From the NCBI GenBank assembly GCA_018971385.1, contig JAGXAY010000001.1, forward strand, positions 34,822 to 98,821: a stretch of 64,000 nt of DNA, given 5' to 3'. Positions within the stretch are counted from its first letter, which is position 1. Each line of letters opens with the position of its first letter. Of this stretch, positions 30,474 through 39,613 are shown in pieces. The position numbers and the translations under genes were made by a program. Origin of the DNA: Acidobacteriota bacterium (lineage in GTDB: Bacteria; Actinomycetota; Acidimicrobiia; Acidimicrobiales; RAAP-2). The notes beneath the pieces are model-generated. The model worked only from the letters and a program-made list of their open reading frames with translations. It searched no databases and was not told where the DNA came from.

Positions 30474-31227
30474 TCATGGCGGGAACGCCGGACAGGGGAC
30501 CGTAGCCCTCCAGGAGGCGCCCCACCACCGACTCGCCTCCCGACGCCCAGGGTACGTGGGGAAGTTTGGCCCGGATCTCTCCCGTCCACTCCCGTAAATT
30601 GCGTGCCGAGACTCGACGCCCCTCCGTCGCTCCTCGTCTCCACGGCGGGCGGAGCCCACTGACGAAGCCGTCGGTCATCTCTTCGATGTCAGCGACGACC
30701 AGGTAGTCATCCGCCCCGAGGAGGGCGCTCGCCGCCGTGACGTACTGAAAGAGAGCGTCCTTGACCCACGGCATCGTCCAGGGTTCGAGCCCCAACCACG
30801 CGGGCCACGCCAGGTCCACGAGCTCCACACTCACCCAGAGATCTCGCCGGTGAGCCGACTCGACGACCCGCCGATACTTCTCGAGAGCCTCATCATCGCG
30901 TACGCGGGCGCGAGGTTGAATCCGAGCCCAGGAAATTGCGAGGCGCACGCCATCCAATCCGAGCTCGCTCACGCGCTCCCAGAGTTCGTCGTACCGGTGC
31001 CACACGTCGTCGGCTCGACCCGGGCCCTCCACCTGACCTAGACCAATCAGAGCCGACCAGACCGTGTTCGGTTGGTAAGGTCCGTCCAGACCCCCCTCAC
31101 TGGCGTAGGCGTTCAGAAAGCCAAGGCGGCGCGTGTCTCTGGGCACCGGGTGATTCTGCCACGAGCCCTCCGTCAGGCGGCGGAACGAGGCAGACTGGAC
31201 CAGTGGTCGAACCCGACCGTGGGACAT
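30448..31227 (-). CDS. Glycoside hydrolase family 1-like protein, N-terminal half only
   Basis: EGGL, DDVWHRYDE, GVRLAISWARIQP, YRRVV and LAWPAWL resemble the GH1 N-terminus. No NEP or ENG catalytic motifs. Confidence 0.6.
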   Translation of the reverse strand: MSHGRVRPLVQSASFRRLTEGSWQNHPVPRDTRRLGFLNAYASEGGLDGPYQPNTVWSALIGLGQVEGPGRADDVWHRYDELWERVSELGLDGVRLAISWARIQPRARVRDDEALEKYRRVVESAHRRDLWVSVELVDLAWPAWLGLEPWTMPWVKDALFQYVTAASALLGADDYLVVADIEEMTDGFVSGLRPPWRRGATEGRRVSARNLREWTGEIRAKLPHVPWASGGESVVGRLLEGYGPLSGVPAMISRSEWVG

Positions 31228-31241
31228 CGTAAGGAGTTGAC

Positions 31242-32006
31242 GTGACTGATCCCATCCTTCGTCACCGTGAAGGGGCGATCGACATCCTGACCCTTAACCG
31301 TCCCGAAGCCCGTAACGCCATTGACGTAGCGACGATGACGTCACTGTCGCAGGCCCTCGACGAAGCCGCGAACGACCCCGACGTACGCGTCGTTATCCTG
31401 ACGGGCGCGGGTGATCGGGTCTTCAGTGCAGGGATGGATCTAAAAGGCTTTGCGCGCGGGGAAATCCCCGTCAACGAACACGGATTTGCCGGTATCACCC
31501 GGCGCCATTTCCCGAAGCCACTCATCGGGGCCGCGAACGGCACCGCGCTCGCGGGAGGATTCGAAATCTTGCTCTCGTGCGACCTTATCGTGGCGTCCTC
31601 GGACGCCCACTTCGGACTCCCCGAACCCCAGCGCGGCCTCGTCGCCGGTGGCGGCGGCCTCGTACGACTTCCCCGCCGAATCCCAAGAGCGATTGCACTC
31701 GAGATGATCTTGACCGGGGAGCCGATCAGCGCCCAACGGGCTTACGACGTGGGCCTCGTCAACGACGTCGTGGAGTCGACCCGAGTACTCGCTCGCGCCC
31801 GGGAGCTCGCGTCCCTCACGGTGCGCAACGCTCCCCTATCGGTCAATCTCTCGCTGGGAGTGGTGCAACGGGGTCTGGACCGTTCCGAGGCCGACGCCTT
31901 CGTCGACAGCAATCGGGCCTTCGAACAGGTCGTGCACTCAGCTGACGCCCTCGAAGGCGCCGTCGCGTTCGCCGAGAAGCGTCCTCCCGTGTGGCGGGGC
32001 GCCTAG
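31242..32006 (+). CDS. Enoyl-CoA hydratase/crotonase family protein
   Basis: TLNRPEARNA, FSAGMDLK, ALAGGFE and FGLPE motifs. Confidence 0.93.
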   Translation: MTDPILRHREGAIDILTLNRPEARNAIDVATMTSLSQALDEAANDPDVRVVILTGAGDRVFSAGMDLKGFARGEIPVNEHGFAGITRRHFPKPLIGAANGTALAGGFEILLSCDLIVASSDAHFGLPEPQRGLVAGGGGLVRLPRRIPRAIALEMILTGEPISAQRAYDVGLVNDVVESTRVLARARELASLTVRNAPLSVNLSLGVVQRGLDRSEADAFVDSNRAFEQVVHSADALEGAVAFAEKRPPVWRGA

Positions 32007-32022
32007 GTCGTAGGCTCCCCCC

Positions 32023-32451
32023 GTGAACACTGTTCAAACCGTTAACTCTCTCGCCTCCACATCCACGGCGATTCGCTTAAGCCTGCACGTGCTCGCCGCG
32101 GCAGTCTGGGTGGGCGGGCAGTTCGTGATGGCCGGTCTCGTACCCACCTTGCGTTCGCTCGGTACTGACGCTCCCCGTCGCGCCGCCCAACGATTCGGCC
32201 GCCTAAGTTGGCCCGCTTTTTGGCTCCTCGTGATCACGGGATTCTGGAACTACGCCGCGGTACACGGAGCCTCGAGCACGTCGTCGTGGAATACGGCCTT
32301 CGCCCTCAAAATGGGGGCCGTGGTGCTTTCTGGAGTCGGGGCATGGTTGCACACTCGTGCCACCACTCCCCGTAGCCGAGGGATGTGGGCCGGGATCGGG
32401 GCCCTCGCGTCCGTTTTCGCCCTCATTCTGGGAGTCCTTCTCGCCGGCTAG
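32023..32451 (+). CDS. CopD-like membrane protein
   Basis: LHVLAAAVWVGG, FGRLSW, LVITGFWN and FALKM motifs; 4 TM segments. Confidence 0.65.
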   Translation: MNTVQTVNSLASTSTAIRLSLHVLAAAVWVGGQFVMAGLVPTLRSLGTDAPRRAAQRFGRLSWPAFWLLVITGFWNYAAVHGASSTSSWNTAFALKMGAVVLSGVGAWLHTRATTPRSRGMWAGIGALASVFALILGVLLAG

Positions 32452-32498
32452 TCCGCCCCGGCGACTAACCTGAGGACGTCCGAGGGAAGGTGGCGAGA

Positions 32499-32699
32499 AT
32501 GTTCCTGGGTAACTTCGACGGGTGGGACACCGTCATCGTGATCGCCGTGGCCGTGCTGTTGTTCGGTGGATCGGCAATTCCGAAGTTGGCGCGCAATCTG
32601 GGGTCGGCCAAGACCGAGTTCGAAAAGGGATTGAAGACTTCGAAGGAGAGCACGACCAGCGCCGACGGAGGCGAGTCAGCCCCGCCTCGAGCGGAGTAG
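32499..32699 (+). CDS. tatA: Twin-arginine translocase TatA/TatE subunit
   Basis: VAVLLFGGSAIPKLARNLGSAKTEFEKG. Confidence 0.9.
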   Translation: MFLGNFDGWDTVIVIAVAVLLFGGSAIPKLARNLGSAKTEFEKGLKTSKESTTSADGGESAPPRAE

Positions 32700-32759
32700 C
32701 GAGACGGTCGTGTCGCCCCGATTCAGTGTGGTAAGAGCCCACGATGAGTCGAACAAAAA

Positions 32760-33644
32760 TTGACTAAGGTAATCCCCGTGCACAACCCAGCCCTGCCCCC
32801 ACAGGGTGCTTCGGATCGTTCACGACGCTGGCGGCGAGTGCGGCGAGTGGCCGTGCTGCCCGTGGCCGGCCTCGTCCTCTCCGGATGCACCATTCCGTCG
32901 TTCGGCGCCCACCCCGGCGTGTCGGATACGTCGAAGCAGGCGTTTCACCTATGGCAGGGATTTTCCGTGGCGGCCGCCATTATCGGCACGCTCACCACGG
33001 CCCTCATCGTGTGGGCGGTTCTGCGCTACCGGCGCCGGGGCGATCAAATTCCCGAACAGGTCCAGTACCACCTTCCTCTCGAGGTGGTCTACACGGTGCT
33101 GCCGATTCTCATCGTGATTGGCCTTTTCGCCGCCACGCTGGTCGTCGAAAACAAGGCCGTGGCCAACCCTTCCACCAACGTGGTGGTCAACGTGAACGCC
33201 TTCCAGTGGGGCTGGCAGTTCACCTACCCGGGGTCGAACGCGCTGGTGTACGGACAGACCACCCAGAGCCCCGAGATGGTTCTGCCCGTGAACGAAAACG
33301 TCCACTTCAATCTCACCTCGACTGACGTCGTCCACGGTTTTTACGTCCGCCAGTTCAACTTCTCCCGTTACGCCCTACCGGGTGTTGTGAACCAGTTCAC
33401 CATTCGTCCCACGCAAACGGGTACCTACTTCGGTCAGTGCACTCAGTTGTGCGGCCTCTACCACTCGTTGATGTTCTTCCGCGTGAAGGTCGTCACCGAT
33501 AGCCAGTATTCCCAGTGGCTGGCGAGTTTTAACAATCCGGCGGCCAAGGCGCGCTACACCGCGGCCGTCAACACCACCAACGCGGAACTCTCCTCGGGCG
33601 TCCCGTCGAAGGCCACGTACACCAACTTTGGGAGCGGCAAGTAA
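32760..33644 (+). CDS. ctaC: Cytochrome c oxidase subunit II
   Basis: Lipobox-like LSGC, LEVVYTVLP, QWGWQF, DVVHGF and CuA motif CTQLCGLYHSLM. Confidence 0.93.
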   Translation: MTKVIPVHNPALPPQGASDRSRRWRRVRRVAVLPVAGLVLSGCTIPSFGAHPGVSDTSKQAFHLWQGFSVAAAIIGTLTTALIVWAVLRYRRRGDQIPEQVQYHLPLEVVYTVLPILIVIGLFAATLVVENKAVANPSTNVVVNVNAFQWGWQFTYPGSNALVYGQTTQSPEMVLPVNENVHFNLTSTDVVHGFYVRQFNFSRYALPGVVNQFTIRPTQTGTYFGQCTQLCGLYHSLMFFRVKVVTDSQYSQWLASFNNPAAKARYTAAVNTTNAELSSGVPSKATYTNFGSGK

Positions 33645-35327
33645 ATGACCGACGTTTTACACCCCGTCCACGTGGGCGACGCGGCCCACGACGACCACGC
33701 AGAACACCACGGCCCCACGGGCATTCTGAAGTGGCTGACGTCCACGGACCACAAGGTCATCGGACTCTCCTATACGGTGACCGCGGTCGTGATGCTCGTC
33801 ATCGGTGGCCTCTTCGCCGAAATCATTCGTGGTCAACTGGCCTCGGCGAACGGAACTCTGGTCTCCTTCGCCCAGTACAACGAGCTGTTCACCATGCACG
33901 GATCGGTAATGATCTACCTCTTCGCCGGACCCTTCGCCTTCGGTGCGCTCGCCAACATCATCGTGCCGATTCAAATCGGCGCCCCGGACATGGCGTTCCC
34001 ACGCCTGAACGCCCTCTCCTACTGGCTCTACCTCACGGGATCCATCACGATGCTGTCCGGCTTCTTCACCGCCGGCGGGGCCGCGAATTTCGGCTGGGTG
34101 GGCTACGCGCCCCTCTCGAACTCCCTGAACGCACCGGGGGCCGGAGCCGACCTGTGGATCGGCGGCCTTCTCCTCACCGGTTTTTCCGCAATCTTTACCG
34201 GGGTGAACCTGACCGCGACAATCTTCTACCTACGCGCCCCTGGAATGACGATGTTCCGCATGCCCATCTTCACGTGGAACCTACTCGTCACGGCGATCCT
34301 GATTCTGCTCGCCTTCCCGGTTCTCACGGCGGGCCTCATCATGCTCTACGCCGACCGGCACTTCGGCACCCATATCTTCACCGTTGCGGGGGGTGGCGTC
34401 CCCGTCCTCTGGCAGCACATCTTCTGGTTCTGGGGCCACCCCGAGGTCTACATTCTCGCCCTGCCCTTCTTCGGTATGGTGACCGAAATCATCGCCGTCT
34501 TCTCTCGTAAGCCCGTCTTTGGTTACAAGGGGATGATCTTCGCGACCCTGTCGATCGCTGCGCTCTCGCTCGGCGTGTGGGCCCACCACATGTTCACGAC
34601 CGGCGTTGTCCTGTTGCCGTTCTTCTCCATCATGAGTCTCCTGATCGCGGTGCCGACGGGTATCAAAATGTTCAACTGGATCGGCACGATGTGGCGAGGA
34701 CAGATATGGTTCTCCACCGCCATGTTGATGGCGGTGGGCTTCGTCTTCACCTTCCTCGTGGGAGGAATTACGGGCATCTACCTCGCCAGTCCCCCGCTCG
34801 ACTTCTTCACCCACGACACCTACTTCGTCGTGGCCCACTTCCACTCCGTGGTGATGGCCCTGGTGCTCGCGGGAATGGCCGGTCTCTACTACTGGGGTCC
34901 GAAGATCACTGGTTACCTCTTGAACGAGACTCTCGGAAAGATTCAGTTCTGGTTCCTCTTCATTGGGACCCAGGTCTTCACCTTCCCGATGTACATCCTC
35001 GGTCTCCAGGGCATGCCCCGACGGATGGCGGTCTACCCGAACGACCCTCAGTGGGTCCACCTCAACCAGATTGCCTCGCTCGGCGCTGTTCTCATCGGTG
35101 TATCGACTCTGCTCTTCGTCGTCAATTTGATCTACAGCTGGAAGAAGTACCCGGCGGGCGACAACCCCTGGGACGCCCACACGCTCGAGTGGTTCACCAC
35201 CTCGCCGCCTCCCCACCACAACTTCTACCGTCTTCCCCAGATTCGCTCCGAGCGACCGACCTGGGATCACAACCACCCCGAGCACCGCGCGCTGCACCAC
35301 GGTGAGCACGAGACCACGCACGCCTAG
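33645..35327 (+). CDS. ctaD: Cytochrome c oxidase subunit I (A1-type)
   Basis: TDHKVIG, TMHG, DMAFPRLN, WGHPEVY, VWAHHM, PTGIK and HDTYFVVAHFH motifs. Confidence 0.97.
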   Translation: MTDVLHPVHVGDAAHDDHAEHHGPTGILKWLTSTDHKVIGLSYTVTAVVMLVIGGLFAEIIRGQLASANGTLVSFAQYNELFTMHGSVMIYLFAGPFAFGALANIIVPIQIGAPDMAFPRLNALSYWLYLTGSITMLSGFFTAGGAANFGWVGYAPLSNSLNAPGAGADLWIGGLLLTGFSAIFTGVNLTATIFYLRAPGMTMFRMPIFTWNLLVTAILILLAFPVLTAGLIMLYADRHFGTHIFTVAGGGVPVLWQHIFWFWGHPEVYILALPFFGMVTEIIAVFSRKPVFGYKGMIFATLSIAALSLGVWAHHMFTTGVVLLPFFSIMSLLIAVPTGIKMFNWIGTMWRGQIWFSTAMLMAVGFVFTFLVGGITGIYLASPPLDFFTHDTYFVVAHFHSVVMALVLAGMAGLYYWGPKITGYLLNETLGKIQFWFLFIGTQVFTFPMYILGLQGMPRRMAVYPNDPQWVHLNQIASLGAVLIGVSTLLFVVNLIYSWKKYPAGDNPWDAHTLEWFTTSPPPHHNFYRLPQIRSERPTWDHNHPEHRALHHGEHETTHA

Positions 35328-35336
35328 GGAGTTGTC

Positions 35337-35729
35337 ATGAAGGTTGAAGCCAAAATGCTGCTCGCCCTGGGGACGTTTTTCGGCATCATGTGCGCCGTCT
35401 ACTGGAACTGGAGCCTGGAGAACGCCGGCGGTGTGATGATGTTCGCTGGCATGCTGCTCTGCTTCCTACCCGGTCTCTACTACTACTGGTGGAGTCGGCG
35501 GATGCCGACTCGTCCGGAAGACAACCCCCAGGCCACTCGTGAGGAGGGGGCCGGAGTCGTTGGCGCCTTCCCGGGAACCTCCATCTGGCCCTTCGTTTTG
35601 GGCATGGGGGCGTTCACCATTGTCTTATCGCTGGTCTTCGGCATCTGGCTGCTCGTTCCCGGTTTGGGACTCGCGGCCTGGGCGTTTCTCGGGGGCACCT
35701 CCGAGGGGCGTCGCGGGGGTCAGCACTAA
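35337..35729 (+). CDS. ctaF: Cytochrome c oxidase subunit 4 (actinobacterial CtaF)
   Basis: MKVE start, RPEDNP, GAFPGTSIWP; 3 TM segments; directly follows ctaD. Confidence 0.88.
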   Translation: MKVEAKMLLALGTFFGIMCAVYWNWSLENAGGVMMFAGMLLCFLPGLYYYWWSRRMPTRPEDNPQATREEGAGVVGAFPGTSIWPFVLGMGAFTIVLSLVFGIWLLVPGLGLAAWAFLGGTSEGRRGGQH

Positions 35730-35840
35730 GACTTTTTCGGTCCTTTGCGGACCGTAGGAGGACACCCGGCCGACTTACACTGACCGGGTGGTCGACGACG
35801 CACCTCGCGCCGCCGGGAATGAACGAAGTGAGGAGTAACA

Positions 35841-36656
35841 GTGTCTGTCACGGAGCGCGCCACTAACGTCGTGCTGGGTGGGACTCGCGGGGGTCCCGAC
35901 GTTGCCACCCTGCGTAAGGACCGCTGGTGGCTCCAGCCGGTCGTCACCGTCTCGATTCTGACGGCGTTCGTTATCTACTCAACCTGGGCGGCCTTCCAGA
36001 ACAAGAACTACTACGTCGGCGCCAACGTGCACCGGGATCTCATCAGCCCCTTCTACTCCCCCTGCCTCGCCAGTTCCTGCGTGGAGGGGTCCCGGGCCGG
36101 CTTCTTCTTCAACGGGTGGTCCCTCTCCCCGGCCTTCTTGATTCTCCTCTTCCCCCTGGGGTTTCGTCTGTCCTGCTACTACTACCGGCGTAGCTACTAC
36201 CGAGCCTTCTGGTGGTCACCGCCGGCTTGCGCCGTCTCGGACGCCCACTCGTCGTACTCCGGTGAGACTCGCTTCCCCCTGGTGATGCAGAACATCCACC
36301 GGTACTTCTTCTACGCCGGTCTCGTCTTTAACGGTTTCTTGACCTACGACGCCATCCGGGCCTTCCATCAGCCCGGTCTCGGCTGGGGCGTCACCGTCGG
36401 AACGTTGGTGCTCATCATCAACGCCACGCTCCTCTGGCTCTACTCCCTCTCCTGCCACGCCTGTCGCCACCTCTGCGGTGGTCACGTGAAGAGTTTCCGC
36501 GCCGCCCCCGTGCGCCACAAACTCTGGAAGATCATTACCCCGCTCAACGCCAAGCACATGAACTTCGCCTGGGCATCTCTCATTTTTGTCGCCTTCACCG
36601 ACGTCTACGTGCGTCTGGTGGCTTCGGGCGTCTGGACCGACTACCGGCTGTTCTAG
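35841..36656 (+). CDS. Succinate dehydrogenase membrane anchor, mycobacterial Sdh1 (Rv0249c)-type
   Basis: LRKDRWW, SPFYSP, FRLSCYYYRRSYYRAFW, QNIHRYFFY, SCHACRH and KHMNFAW motifs; lies upstream of the flavoprotein and Fe-S subunits. Confidence 0.88.
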   Translation: MSVTERATNVVLGGTRGGPDVATLRKDRWWLQPVVTVSILTAFVIYSTWAAFQNKNYYVGANVHRDLISPFYSPCLASSCVEGSRAGFFFNGWSLSPAFLILLFPLGFRLSCYYYRRSYYRAFWWSPPACAVSDAHSSYSGETRFPLVMQNIHRYFFYAGLVFNGFLTYDAIRAFHQPGLGWGVTVGTLVLIINATLLWLYSLSCHACRHLCGGHVKSFRAAPVRHKLWKIITPLNAKHMNFAWASLIFVAFTDVYVRLVASGVWTDYRLF

Positions 36657-36666
36657 GAAGGGCCCC

Positions 36667-38475
36667 GTGACTTACGAACACCACGACTACGACGTACTCA
36701 TCATTGGCGCCGGTGGCGCCGGCCTCCGAGCGGCCATTGAGGTCCAGCAGCGCGGCCTCCGGGTCGCCGTCATTACCAAGTCTCTTCTCGGTAAGGCCCA
36801 CACCGTGATGGCCGAGGGTGGCATGGCCGCCGCCATGGGCAACGTCTACCCCGAAGACAACTGGCAGGTCCACTTCCGCGACACGATGCGGGGAGGAAAG
36901 TACCTCAACAACTATCGCATGGCCGAACTCCACGCCAAGGAGGCGCCGGAACGAGTCCAGGAGCTCGAGCAGTGGGGGGCACTCTTCGACCGAACGAAGG
37001 ACGGCAAGATCTCCCAGCGCGACTTCGGAGGTCACCGCTACGCCCGGCTGGCTCACGTGGGCGACCGTACCGGTCTCGAACTCATTCGCACCCTCCAACA
37101 GAAGGTCGTCTCCATGGGGACCGACGTCTTCATGGAACACAAAGTGCTCACCCTTATTCACGACAGTGAGGGGCGAGTTGCGGGCTGTGTCGCTTACCAG
37201 CGCCCCACGGGAGAGTTCGTGACCTTCGCCGCGAAGGCGGTCGTTCTCGCCACCGGTGGTGCCGGTCGTAGTTGGAAGTTCACCTCGAACTCCTGGGAAG
37301 GAACCGGCGACGGACACGCGATGGCCCTCTGGGCCGGGGCCGAGCTCATCGACATGGAGTGCATCCAGTTCCACCCGACCGGCATGGTCTGGCCCCTCTC
37401 GGTGCGCGGACTCCTCGTCACTGAGGGTGTGCGCGGAGACGGCGGAGTGCTGCGCAACTCCGAGGGTCAACGATTCATGTTCAACTACGTCGCCGACATG
37501 TTCCGGGCCGAAACGGCCGACTCCGAAGAGGAAGCCGACAAGTGGTACGACGACCACTCGGCGGGTCGTCGCCCTCCGGAACTACTCCCTCGCGACGAAG
37601 TGGCCCGCGCCATTAATACGGAGGTGAAGGCCGGTCGTGGGAGCCCCCACGGTGGCGTGTACCTCGATATCGGTTCGCGTCGCTCGGCCGAGTTCATTCG
37701 CCGTCGCCTCCCCTCGATGTACCACCAGTTCATGGAACTGGCCGGTGTCGACATCACGAAGGAGTCCATGGAGATCGGCCCCACCTGTCACTACATCATG
37801 GGTGGAGTGAAGGTCGACGCCGACACCGCGGCCACCTCGGTGCCGGGTCTCTTCGCGGCGGGAGAGGTCGCCGGAGGAATGCACGGGGCTAATCGCCTCG
37901 GTGGCAACTCGCTCTCCGACCTCATCGTCTTCGGCCGTCGAGCCGGAATGGGTGCGGCTGACTTCGTCGAGGGCTACCAAGGTTCGCCCCGACTCGATGA
38001 AGCGGCGGTCAACGCCGCCGTCGAAGAGTCCCTCGCACCCTTCGAGCGCGAGGAGGGCGAAAACCCCTACGACATTCAGCGCGATCTCCAGGAGATGATG
38101 CAGGCGAACGTCGGCATTATCCGGACTCGGAGCGAGCTGGAGTACGCCATTTCTGAACTCGACTCCTTCACCGAGCGAGTGAAGAACATCAAGGTCAAGG
38201 GGGGTCGGGCCTACAACCCGGGCTGGAACCTCGCGACGGACCTGCCGGCGATGATCTCCGTCTCCAAGTGCGTCGCTCGGGGTGCCGTGCTGCGCGAAGA
38301 GTCCCGCGGTGGTCACACTCGCGAAGACTTTCCGCAGGCGTCCGCTGAGTTCGCGACCTTCAACTTCGCCCACTCCAGCCCGGCGAAGCGCTGGGACGGC
38401 GAAATTGTCACGGAGCGCTCGGCGCTCCTCGAGATGCCCGGGGAGCTGAAGGCTCTGCTGGAGGAGGGACACTAA
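36667..38475 (+). CDS. sdhA: Succinate dehydrogenase/fumarate reductase flavoprotein subunit
   Basis: IIGAGGAGLRAA, KAHTVMAEGG (covalent FAD His), QFHPTG, HYIMGG and HGANRLGGNSL motifs. Start GTG 36667. Confidence 0.95.
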   Translation: MTYEHHDYDVLIIGAGGAGLRAAIEVQQRGLRVAVITKSLLGKAHTVMAEGGMAAAMGNVYPEDNWQVHFRDTMRGGKYLNNYRMAELHAKEAPERVQELEQWGALFDRTKDGKISQRDFGGHRYARLAHVGDRTGLELIRTLQQKVVSMGTDVFMEHKVLTLIHDSEGRVAGCVAYQRPTGEFVTFAAKAVVLATGGAGRSWKFTSNSWEGTGDGHAMALWAGAELIDMECIQFHPTGMVWPLSVRGLLVTEGVRGDGGVLRNSEGQRFMFNYVADMFRAETADSEEEADKWYDDHSAGRRPPELLPRDEVARAINTEVKAGRGSPHGGVYLDIGSRRSAEFIRRRLPSMYHQFMELAGVDITKESMEIGPTCHYIMGGVKVDADTAATSVPGLFAAGEVAGGMHGANRLGGNSLSDLIVFGRRAGMGAADFVEGYQGSPRLDEAAVNAAVEESLAPFEREEGENPYDIQRDLQEMMQANVGIIRTRSELEYAISELDSFTERVKNIKVKGGRAYNPGWNLATDLPAMISVSKCVARGAVLREESRGGHTREDFPQASAEFATFNFAHSSPAKRWDGEIVTERSALLEMPGELKALLEEGH

Positions 38476-39254
38476 TGGCCCAGGTGACGATGAGAGTGTG
38501 GCGCGGAGACGCCAACGGAGGCGACTTTGAGCGCTACACCGTCGAGCAGAACGAGGGCGAGGTCGTCCTCGACGTCATTCACCGTATCCAGGCGACTGAG
38601 GCTCCCGACCTCGCCTGCCGGTGGAACTGCAAGGCCGGCAAGTGTGGGAGTTGCGCCGCGGAAATCAACGGCAAGCCCCGACTGATGTGCATGACGCGAC
38701 TGGACCAGCTCCCCGAGGGCGAGGTCACGGTGACCCCGATGCGCACCTTCCCCATCATCCGGGACTTGGTGACCGACGTGTCCTTCAACTTCCAGATGGC
38801 GGCGAAGGTCCCCGCCCTCCTGCCCCCGCCGATGCCGGCCGAGGGATACCGCATGTACCAGGAGGACGTGGAACGCAGCCAGGAGTTCCGTAAGTGCATC
38901 GAGTGCTTCATGTGCCAGGACGTCTGCCACGTGATTCGTGACCACGAGGAGAACAAGGCCCACTACGCGGGTCCCCGCTTCTTCATTCGCTACGCGGAGC
39001 TGGAGATGCACCCCCTCGACACCAATGACCGGCGCGACTTGATTCGCGAGGACATGGGTCTCGGATACTGCAACATCACCAAGTGTTGCACCGAGGTCTG
39101 CCCGGAGCACATCAAGATCACGGATAACGCCATCATCCCGTTGAAGGAGCGTGTCGTCGACGCTCACTACGACCCGGTGGCGTGGCTGGGTCGGAAAATT
39201 CGTCGGCGCACCAAGCGTTCAGCGAGTGACGCCGCAGTCCAGCCCGCTCCGTAG
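38475..39254 (+). CDS. sdhB: Succinate dehydrogenase/fumarate reductase iron-sulfur subunit
   Basis: CKAGKCGSC...C, CIECFMCQDVC and CNITKCCTEVCP motifs. Confidence 0.95.
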   Translation: MAQVTMRVWRGDANGGDFERYTVEQNEGEVVLDVIHRIQATEAPDLACRWNCKAGKCGSCAAEINGKPRLMCMTRLDQLPEGEVTVTPMRTFPIIRDLVTDVSFNFQMAAKVPALLPPPMPAEGYRMYQEDVERSQEFRKCIECFMCQDVCHVIRDHEENKAHYAGPRFFIRYAELEMHPLDTNDRRDLIREDMGLGYCNITKCCTEVCPEHIKITDNAIIPLKERVVDAHYDPVAWLGRKIRRRTKRSASDAAVQPAP

Positions 39255-39613
39255 TGGTGACGGAGTACGAGTGGCTCGACGAGGTCAACCAACGCCTTCT
39301 CGGACTGCGCTGGCCCGTCGACCCTGAGAGCAGCCTCACCGTTGGCGTGGAACTCGTCGCGGACGGTGAGGTGCTCACTCTCCACCTGGGACCGGGAAGG
39401 GTGTCGGTAGAGCGAGGATCGCCCTCCGACCCTCGGTTCGCTATCCGACTCGACGCCAGTCGATCCGACCTGGCGGATGGGCGACTCGATCTCCTGCGCG
39501 CCCTCGGAGCCGGACGACTTACCCTCCACGGCGGGGCGGGGGCTCTCATCTCCCTCTCCCCCGTGCTCGCCGACGTCCTCTCCTACCCCGCGGAGGGCCC
39601 TAGCGACGAGTGA
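39254..39613 (+). CDS. SCP2 sterol-binding-domain-like protein
   Basis: DLADGRLDLLRALGAGRLTLHG pattern; 1-bp overlap with sdhB. Confidence 0.55.
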   Translation: MVTEYEWLDEVNQRLLGLRWPVDPESSLTVGVELVADGEVLTLHLGPGRVSVERGSPSDPRFAIRLDASRSDLADGRLDLLRALGAGRLTLHGGAGALISLSPVLADVLSYPAEGPSDE

